Of a DNA stretch of 33,692 nucleotides, positions 16,778 to 22,822 are shown piece after piece. The notes beneath the pieces were generated by a model, which worked only from the letters and a program-made list of their open reading frames with translations, made no database searches and had not been told where the DNA came from. Within the stretch, counting starts at the first letter, position 1. The number at the start of each line of letters is the position of its first letter. The position numbers were made by a program, and so were the translations under genes. This stretch comes from Methanobacteriota archaeon. GTDB taxonomy: Archaea; Thermoplasmatota; Thermoplasmata; SG8-5; DAIRED01. The stretch lies in assembly GCA_043799545.1 (NCBI GenBank), contig JAZDNO010000018.1, positions 1-33,692 of the forward strand, written 5' to 3'.

Positions 16778-17553
16778 CCGATACCACCTATCCTCGTCCA
16801 CTTGCCTTGCTTGCCTCCGAGAAGCGCGGCCAGACGTCCAGGCGCGCGCCCGTTGACTATGTAAACGTCTGCGCCAAGGGCAGCCACGTCGAGCGCGGCC
16901 TCCAGCTTGCCTGCCATCGCGCCCGTGACGTCCTCGACCTTCGACGAACCGGACTTAACGTTGAACGGCCTGAGCGGATCTATCTCCGTGAGCAGCTTCG
17001 CCTTGCAAGACTGCTTCGGGTCGGCGTCGAACACGCCGTCCACGTCGCTTGCAAAGACTGCAGCCTTCGCTTTGAACTCCGAGGCCAGGAGTTTCACGAG
17101 CACGTCCCCGGAGCAAATCGCGACGCCCTGGTCGAAATCCGGAACGACGTCGCCGAAGGTCACGGGGACGAAACCGTTCGCCACCGCATCGCTGAAGAGC
17201 CTGAGGTCGTAACCCGAAAGGCTGCCGGAAGTGAACCGGATGAAAGCCGATGGAGGGATGGAGACGGCCGGAACCTTGGCCTTGTGCAGCGCCTCGCAGA
17301 CGATGAGGTTCAGTTCGCGCACCTCGCGCTGGACCGTTGCCGCGCCGAGTAAGGATTTCTTCGAAGACAGGCCTTTCTTGAGCCCGTACTTGGCCGCGCC
17401 AATGTGCCCGAACGAGCCCGCGCCGTGGACGATGAGAAGTTCGGATGCGAAAGGCGCCAGCTCTTTGGCCAGCCTCGCGATGTCCGCGCGGCGCGCCTTG
17501 CAGCTGACGCGCTTGTCCGTTATCGCGCTGCCGCCGAGCTTGACCACAATCAA
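16774..17553 (-). CDS. ipk: Isopentenyl phosphate kinase (amino acid kinase family), 259 aa
   Basis: VKLGGSAITDK, HGAGSFGH, SGD, DVDGVFDADP, DVTGAMAGK; TTG start with AGGTG SD; directly upstream of fni. Confidence 0.93.
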   Translation of the reverse strand: MIVVKLGGSAITDKRVSCKARRADIARLAKELAPFASELLIVHGAGSFGHIGAAKYGLKKGLSSKKSLLGAATVQREVRELNLIVCEALHKAKVPAVSIPPSAFIRFTSGSLSGYDLRLFSDAVANGFVPVTFGDVVPDFDQGVAICSGDVLVKLLASEFKAKAAVFASDVDGVFDADPKQSCKAKLLTEIDPLRPFNVKSGSSKVEDVTGAMAGKLEAALDVAALGADVYIVNGRAPGRLAALLGGKQGKWTRIGGIG

Positions 17554-17699
17554 CCGAGCACCTGAGCGTCGAATGTTTCGACCGTATATATATGTATTTG
17601 TAACGCGCCAGGAGGACGGCCGGATTGCGGCGGAGGCAGTTGGGTGCGCACCCTTTTTATACTACGTCCACATTGCTCGGAATCGCCGGAGGCGAAAAC

Positions 17700-17849
17700 A
17701 TGGGCAAGTTCCCGGAGGCGGACGCGCGCCTTCTAAACAAGAAGATTTGCATGAGCTGCTATTCCAAGAATTCGGTCAGGGCGACCAGGTGCCGTAGGTG
17801 CGGCTACGTTGGCATGCGGCTCAAGGCCAAGGAAAGCAGGAAGAAGTAA
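17700..17849 (+). CDS. rpl40e: 50S ribosomal protein L40e, 49 aa
   Basis: [36 protein letters not shown] zinc-finger pattern; GGAGG SD at 17688-17692; TTTTTATA box ~40 nt upstream. Confidence 0.95.
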   Translation: MGKFPEADARLLNKKICMSCYSKNSVRATRCRRCGYVGMRLKAKESRKK

Positions 17850-17865
17850 TCTTCTGGCTCGGCCG

Positions 17866-17875
17866 TTTTCGAAAA
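17866..17875. terminator. TTTTCGAAAA palindrome between convergent rpl40e and topA, giving a T-tract on both strands
   Basis: Perfect 10-bp palindrome in a 30-nt convergent gap. Confidence 0.3.
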
Positions 17876-17879
17876 GCAT

Positions 17880-20003
17880 CTACTTTTTAGCCGAGGCTTT
17901 CTTCTTAGGCTTGGCAGGGGTTTTCTTGACCGTCGCTTTCACCCTGACCGCTGCCTTCTTCTTGGGTGCGCTGGATGGCGACTCAGCCTTCCTTTCCCTC
18001 GCGCCGCAGCCCATGTTCACGCAAATCATGCGGGGCCTTCGCCCACGGAATATCAGCTTCACGGCGGGAGCGCCGCAGTTGCCGCACTTCTCGTCCGTGG
18101 TCACCAGCAGGCCGGTTTGAGGAAGCGGGTACGTGTTGGTGCACTCGGGGTAGCCGGAGCATCCGACGAACCGCTTGTTGTTCCTGGATTGCCTGATTAG
18201 GAGGTCCTTGCCGCACTGGGGGCAGGCCCCGACGCACTTCTGCTGCCTCAGCGCCTGGTTCACGTCCTCCCTTATCGTTTCCACCTTCGACTCAAGGGCT
18301 ATGAGGGCCTTCTCCAATATCTCCTGCGACTCGCGCACGACCGTCGGCAGGTCGCGCTGCCCGTCGGCGATGCGGCTCATCTCGTCCTCGAGCATGGCCG
18401 TCATCTCGGGGCGCGTTATCTCCATCGCCCCGTCCTCCAGCGCCTTGACCACCGCAGTCCCGGAGACCGTCGGCCTCAGGGGGGAGCTCTCGACGTACCT
18501 TCGGTCGTAGAGCTTCTGGAGAATCTCGTGGCGCGTGCTCTTCGTCCCGAGGCCAAGCCGCTCCATCTCCTGAATCATGTCACCCTGCGAAAACCTGCGC
18601 GGAGGCTTTGTCCTGTCCTCGAGCAGCTCGATTCCCGTGACTTTGACTGGCTGGCCATTGGCGAGTTGTGGTATGGAAATCTCCCTCGGCTTGTAATACG
18701 GATAGTAGCTGTACCAGCCAAGTTCTAGCATCCTGTGGCCGAACGCCTTGAACGGTTCTTCCGCAATCTTCAGCCAGGCCTCCGTCGCCTCCACATGGGC
18801 GTCTGGAGCCAAAGTGGCGAAGAATCTGCGGACTACGAGCTCGTAAACCTTCCAGGCGTCCCCCTTGAGCTCCGCTTCCTTCGCAGCCGCAACGGGGTAA
18901 ATTGGCGGGTGGTCCGTGGCCTCGGTCTTCCCGCGCATCGGATACTGCCTGCGCTCCCCGAGAAGCTTCTCGGCCTCCTTTCCGAGCGACGACTTGGTCA
19001 GCTCCCTTAGCACGTTGTCCAGGTTGAGGGACTTTGGGTAGACCGTGTTGTCCGTCCTAGGATAGCTGATGAATCCCGATGTGTACAGCCTCTCTGCGAT
19101 TGCCATCGCATTCGGCGCCGTTATCCCCATCCTCGTGGCCTCGGTCAGGAAAATTGTGGTATTGAAAGGTGTAGGCGGTCTCTCCGGCCGTTTCTCGACC
19201 TTCACCTCCGAAACGAGCGCCTCCGATGCCTCCTTGACCTTGGCATAAAGTGGGTCTATCTCCGCTTTCTCCCAGAAAACCCCGTGCTCGTGCCTCGCAG
19301 TGAACGCCCCTCCGGAATCGAGCTGCGCAAGCAGCTCCCAGAAAGGTTTCGGGACGAACTGGTTTATTTCGTTCTCCCTGTCGACAATCAAGGCCAGGGT
19401 TGGGCTCTGCACCCTCCCTACGGAGAGGAAATCGCGTCCGTGCTGGCCCGTCGCGAGGGACATGAACCGCGTCAGGACCGCGCCCCACGCAAGGTCGATT
19501 ATCTGCCTGGATTCGGCTGCTTTGGCTAGGTTCTGGTCGACATCCGTCAGGTTGTCGAAGGCCGTCTCCACCTCAGAGCGGGTGAAAGCGCTGAAACGCG
19601 CCCTGCGGAGCTTCACGGAGGGGTTCCTGGCGACCACGAGGTCCGCTGCCTCGACTCCGATGAGCTCCCCCTCGCGGTCAAAGTCTGTTGCGACTATGAC
19701 CTCCTGGACATCTCGGGCCAGCGATTCCAAAACTCCAGTAATCCCCCTCACGCTCGGCCGTTTCTCGGGTTCGACCCATACCAGCTTGCGGATGTGGTCG
19801 GCGTCCCACCTCGCGTACTCCTTCGGGTAATCGAGCTCGACGATATGCCCCCGGAGGCCGATGACGTGGTAGTCGTCGTTGTTTCTTGCGTAATGGTAAA
19901 TTGGGACCTTGTTGACGAAGCGCTTTTCATAGCCCCTGCCAGATAGTATGAATGCTATCTTCTGGGCGGCATCGTTTTTCTCGCAAATAACGAGTATGTT
20001 CAT
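17880..20003 (-). CDS. topA: DNA topoisomerase I (type IA) with zinc ribbons and Lys-rich tail, 707 aa
   Basis: TOPRIM ICEK, ATDFDREGE, GRVQSPTL, catalytic ISYPRTD, GLGTKSTR, C-terminal CPQC/CSGYPEC zinc ribbons. Confidence 0.97.
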   Translation of the reverse strand: MNILVICEKNDAAQKIAFILSGRGYEKRFVNKVPIYHYARNNDDYHVIGLRGHIVELDYPKEYARWDADHIRKLVWVEPEKRPSVRGITGVLESLARDVQEVIVATDFDREGELIGVEAADLVVARNPSVKLRRARFSAFTRSEVETAFDNLTDVDQNLAKAAESRQIIDLAWGAVLTRFMSLATGQHGRDFLSVGRVQSPTLALIVDRENEINQFVPKPFWELLAQLDSGGAFTARHEHGVFWEKAEIDPLYAKVKEASEALVSEVKVEKRPERPPTPFNTTIFLTEATRMGITAPNAMAIAERLYTSGFISYPRTDNTVYPKSLNLDNVLRELTKSSLGKEAEKLLGERRQYPMRGKTEATDHPPIYPVAAAKEAELKGDAWKVYELVVRRFFATLAPDAHVEATEAWLKIAEEPFKAFGHRMLELGWYSYYPYYKPREISIPQLANGQPVKVTGIELLEDRTKPPRRFSQGDMIQEMERLGLGTKSTRHEILQKLYDRRYVESSPLRPTVSGTAVVKALEDGAMEITRPEMTAMLEDEMSRIADGQRDLPTVVRESQEILEKALIALESKVETIREDVNQALRQQKCVGACPQCGKDLLIRQSRNNKRFVGCSGYPECTNTYPLPQTGLLVTTDEKCGNCGAPAVKLIFRGRRPRMICVNMGCGARERKAESPSSAPKKKAAVRVKATVKKTPAKPKKKASAKK

Positions 20004-20115
20004 TTGAGGTCAGGATGCTTAAAACTTACTTAAAGATTTGTCTGGCGTTTCACGGTAACGTATAAATATAGATGACGTATGGGGAGGGGCACAACCCGAC
20101 GGGGGCCTACCCAAG

Positions 20116-20841
20116 ATGGCTGAAAAGACCCAAACAAAGACGACCGCGAGAAAGGTCAAGGACAAGTGGAAGTCCAAGAACTGGTACACAGTGATAGCTC
20201 CGGACATGTTCAACAGGATGAAGCTTGCCGAGACGCTCGTGGACGAACCGGACAAGATGCTCGGGCGCATTCTCGAAGTTACAGTGCAGGAGCTCACGGG
20301 CGATTTCGCAAAGACCCACATCAAGCTGCTTTTCAAAATCAACAGGATAGCTGGCACGGAGGCGCACACGGAGTTCGTCGGGCACGACCTCACCAGCGAC
20401 TACATCAGGCGCATGACCCGGAGGAAGCGCTCTAAGGCGGACATCACCGTGGACGTGATAACGAAGGACGAGTTCCACATCAGGATAAAGCCCATGGCCA
20501 TCTCCGAGCGCAGAATCCAGAGCTCCCAGAAAACCGCAATAAGGAATAACATGAAGGTCGCACTCGTGGAATGGGCGAAGGGTTTGACTATTGACGAGTA
20601 TGTCAAGGCTGTCATTTCAGGCGACATGATACGCGAGCTGTCCAAGTCCTGCAAGCCCATCCAGCCGATGAACCGCGTCGAGATTCGAAGGTCCGAAGTC
20701 CTCAAGCCGGGGATAATCCCGGAGATAAAACCGGGACCGGGCGAGCAGCCAGCCGTCGAGGGAGCCGCGCCAGCCGAGACGCCCGCAGGGGCTCCTGTAG
20801 ATACCGAGCCATCAGCGCCGGTCGAGCCAGCGCCCCAGTGA
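20116..20841 (+). CDS. rps3ae: 30S ribosomal protein S3Ae (eS1), 241 aa with Pro/Ala/Glu-rich tail
   Basis: KDKWKSKNWYTVIAP, DYIRRMTRRKRSKAD, RRVEIRRSEVL-type motifs; TATAAATA box upstream. Confidence 0.95.
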   Translation: MAEKTQTKTTARKVKDKWKSKNWYTVIAPDMFNRMKLAETLVDEPDKMLGRILEVTVQELTGDFAKTHIKLLFKINRIAGTEAHTEFVGHDLTSDYIRRMTRRKRSKADITVDVITKDEFHIRIKPMAISERRIQSSQKTAIRNNMKVALVEWAKGLTIDEYVKAVISGDMIRELSKSCKPIQPMNRVEIRRSEVLKPGIIPEIKPGPGEQPAVEGAAPAETPAGAPVDTEPSAPVEPAPQ

Positions 20842-20890
20842 ATGTCGAAGACGGCGGTGTAAATCTCTTACTAGCCAATTCTATTAAACA

Positions 20891-20897
20891 TTATAAA
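20891..20897 (+). promoter_or_regulatory. TATA box likely driving a transcript that contains the two mini-elements and tRNA-Met
   Basis: TTATAAA preceded by an A-rich stretch; no comparable box between it and the tRNA at 21076. Confidence 0.5.
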
Positions 20898-20945
20898 CCA
20901 GAAAACCTTTGACGTGCCTAGAACCGTGAAAACATTTGACAGGAT

Positions 20946-20995
20946 GCCGGGGTGGCTTGCGAAGATGGTGGAAGCCACGGAGCAACAACCTCGGC
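20946..20995 (+). ncRNA. tRNA-like mini-element 1 (50 nt): 7-bp acceptor-like stem, D-stem-like helix, apical GGAA hairpin
   Basis: GCCGGGG...CCTCGGC closes a 7-bp stem nearly identical to the tRNA-Met acceptor; GCTT/GAGC mimics the tRNA D-stem GCTC/GAGC; TGGT-GGAA-GCCA hairpin. Function is inferred only. Confidence 0.5.
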
Positions 20996-21011
20996 GGGCC
21001 AACAGCAAAGT

Positions 21012-21059
21012 GCCGGGGCGGCTTGCGAGGCGACCGAAGTCGCCGAGTAAAACCTCGGC
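21012..21059 (+). ncRNA. tRNA-like mini-element 2 (48 nt), paralogue of element 1
   Basis: GCCGGGG-CG-GCTT-GCGA-GGCGAC-CGAA-GTCGCC-GAGT-AAAA-CCTCGGC; same architecture as element 1 with compensatory changes; 16-nt spacers on both sides. Confidence 0.5.
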
Positions 21060-21075
21060 TACCCAATCGCAATGT

Positions 21076-21185
21076 GCCGAGGTGGCTCAGCTGGTAGAGC
21101 GTCGGACTCATAGGGATTCACCTTGACGCTCTCAGGATTTCCCTGAGAAATCCGAAGGTCATGGGTTCAAACCCCATCCTCGGCA
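21076..21185 (+). tRNA. tRNA-Met (CAT), probably elongator, with a canonical 37/38 intron; CCA not encoded
   Basis: Acceptor GCCGAGG/CCTCGGC, D-arm GCTC-AGCTGGTA-GAGC, anticodon stem TCGGA/TCCGA with CT-CAT-A, T-arm ATGGG-TTCAAAC-CCCAT, discriminator A. G1-C72 argues against initiator; Ile2 is not formally excluded. Confidence 0.95.
21113..21149 (+). other. 37-nt tRNA intron with bulge-helix-bulge splice motif
   Basis: CTCA (21107-21110) pairs with TGAG (21144-21147), flanked by 3-nt bulges TAG and AAA; removal restores the CTCATAA anticodon loop. Confidence 0.85.
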
Positions 21186-21433
21186 CTCTATTTTTTATCC
21201 GAGCGAAGGCGTGCCAGGGATGTTGTCGATGGGTTACTTCGGACATAAACTGATGGAGTCGTAACCCACGACCCCATCCTCGCTTTTCGATGAAAATAGC
21301 CTTGCTAGAGTTCGGAAAATAGGTCGAGCCGAGCTGGGATGGCCTGAGTTTCTTTGCTCCCAATGCTTTCTTTGCGAAGGCCATTCCAGAGAGGCGAGAC
21401 TCAAAGAAAGCGTTGAACGGCGACCCCATCCTC
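21171..21433 (+). repeat. Three direct copies of ACCCCATCCTC (tRNA 3' end) at 21171, 21271 and 21423, plus an interrupted inverted copy at 21328-21342
   Basis: Exact 11-mer read directly three times within 263 nt; copies 2 and 3 share the 13-mer CGACCCCATCCTC; GCCGAG-CTGG-GATGG is the reverse complement of CCATCCTCGGC with a 4-nt insert. Confidence 0.8.
21191..21196 (+). terminator. Oligo-T terminator of the tRNA transcript
   Basis: T6 tract 5 nt after the discriminator base. Confidence 0.6.
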
Positions 21434-21622
21434 ATCATGCAAGAGCATCTATTGGCTGGCAATTTCCTTGTCCCATGCTGGCCCATGCCTTCTGAAAAAC
21501 ATTGGCGAGTGGGGTTTTGTTCAATAACTATACAATTAATATATAATATCTATAATAATATTTATATAGGAAACGCAGGATTGTGGGGCTCACCCTGTTA
21601 TAGACAGCGAGGGGGAAATGCA

Positions 21623-21883
21623 ATGGACGACATGGAAAACACGAGATCAACGAAGGTGGAATTTGAGACAGTAACCTCCGAGAAGAAGCCGTTCGGGAAG
21701 AACAACTTCCTGGAGGTGGCGAGGAAGAAGGCCAAGACCGAGGACGGCCAGGTGAACGAGTTTATCTCGGTCTCCCGCGGCTACTTCCTGCCGGACGGCA
21801 CTGAGCGCTTCAAGAAGTCGCTCACCATACCAGACGACCCGGACATAAAGAACTTCGTCGCCGATAAAATAAAGTCGATGTAA
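21623..21883 (+). CDS. Conserved small protein, 86 aa, possibly PC4/PUR-like single-stranded nucleic-acid-binding fold
   Basis: ATG at 21623 with GAGGGGG SD and TTTATATA box at 21561-21568; host-like codon usage; beta-rich pattern (FLEVARKK, FISVSRGYF, FKKSLTIP) ending in a helix. The track's longer TTG ORF runs through the AT-rich promoter and is not believed. Confidence 0.7.
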   Translation: MDDMENTRSTKVEFETVTSEKKPFGKNNFLEVARKKAKTEDGQVNEFISVSRGYFLPDGTERFKKSLTIPDDPDIKNFVADKIKSM

Positions 21884-21935
21884 CGTTGCGGTGAACCGCA
21901 ACCGTTATATCTGTTGACAGGATGTGCGATAGCGC

Positions 21936-22817
21936 ATGCGCTCTGCTGGCTCGATTCCGATATTGCCCGTGGCATTGATATTAGCGATTGCTCTAATCGC
22001 CGTCTCGCTCGGGGGCTATTTTATATATTCAAACAACACCCAGAAGCCCGCCGGGGCGGAATCGCTTATCGTCCAAACTGGGGACACAGTTTCCGTAGAC
22101 TACGTCGGGATGTTCCAGGATGGCAGGGTCTTTGACACGTCCATCGAGTCCGTCGCCATCAACGATGCCGCGTACCCGAAATCCCTCACCTACACCAGGA
22201 GGGACGCGTACTCGCCGATGAACTTCACAGTTGGCTCCGGCCAGATGATCAAGGGTTTCGATTCAGGCGTCGTCGACATGTACGTCGGCGAGACCAAGGA
22301 GATAGTAGTCAGCCCGGTGGATGGGTACGGTGCGGCAGACTCCAAGCTGATATTGACAAGGCAATTAATCGAAGAGGTGCCCGTTTACACGCACGGGATG
22401 AAGTTGCAGGATTTCACTGACAACTATTCTATCTCGCCCTCGGTGGGCGTGACAGTCAAGAACAATTATTGGGGATGGAACACGACCGTGTACAGCATCG
22501 ACACCGAGGCAGGAACGGTCACTCTGAAGGATTTGCCGGATGTCGGGATGATTGTCAAGCCATACATGATATGGAATTGCGAAGTCCTGTCTATCGACGA
22601 GTCGGCCAACAACGGCCTTGGGAAGATAACTGTCCGCAACCTATTGAACGCGGCTGACGCGAATAAAGTAACTGGTGAGGACATCCTGGGAAGCTTCAGA
22701 GTCATCGCGGTGGATCCGGTCGCCGGAACTTACACTTCAGATTACAACCGCGAGGTCGTGGGCCAGACGCTAGTTTTCAGGGTGACTATCATCTCGATGA
22801 TGAAGACGAACTCGTAG
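21936..22817 (+). CDS. Membrane-anchored FKBP-type peptidyl-prolyl isomerase with a large insert-in-flap domain, 293 aa
   Basis: N-terminal hydrophobic helix (ILPVALILAIALIAVSLGGYFIY); VSVDYVG...GRVFDTS; FTVGSGQMIKGFDSGV..M.VGETKEI; C-terminal DYN...GQTLVFRV. Confidence 0.88.
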   Translation: MRSAGSIPILPVALILAIALIAVSLGGYFIYSNNTQKPAGAESLIVQTGDTVSVDYVGMFQDGRVFDTSIESVAINDAAYPKSLTYTRRDAYSPMNFTVGSGQMIKGFDSGVVDMYVGETKEIVVSPVDGYGAADSKLILTRQLIEEVPVYTHGMKLQDFTDNYSISPSVGVTVKNNYWGWNTTVYSIDTEAGTVTLKDLPDVGMIVKPYMIWNCEVLSIDESANNGLGKITVRNLLNAADANKVTGEDILGSFRVIAVDPVAGTYTSDYNREVVGQTLVFRVTIISMMKTNS

Positions 22818-22822
22818 ATGCT

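Noticed and set aside
20946-21090. CRISPR array interpretation of the 64-66-nt periodic repeats
   Set aside because: Only two units plus the tRNA; the conserved parts are the tRNA acceptor and D-stem strands, spacers are 16 nt and similar to each other, and no cas genes are nearby.
20914-21126. 70-aa ORF across the mini-elements and tRNA
   Set aside because: Runs into a clear tRNA gene and has no SD or protein-like features; the sequence is better explained as structured RNA.
21076-21185. Initiator tRNA-Met assignment
   Set aside because: It has G1-C72 and lacks the three consecutive G-C pairs in the anticodon stem expected for archaeal initiator tRNA.
21287-21347. Box C/D guide RNA (TCGATGA ... 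CTGA) targeting the tRNA 3' end
   Set aside because: Box C deviates from RUGAUGA at two positions, no clear C'/D' boxes, and the guide duplex would need a 4-nt bulge.
21200-21480. SRP RNA or RNase P RNA
   Set aside because: GGGAGCAA occurs on the minus strand but without the CAGG-GNRA helix 8 context, and the RNase P GAGGAAAGUCC / AACAGAA motifs are absent.
21290-21883. Amber read-through (pyrrolysine) ORF MKIALLEFGK-TAG-VEPSW... fused in frame to the 86-aa protein
   Set aside because: It passes through an obvious AT-rich promoter (IQLIYNIYNNIYI), there are no pyl genes in the window, and the downstream gene has its own SD and TATA box.
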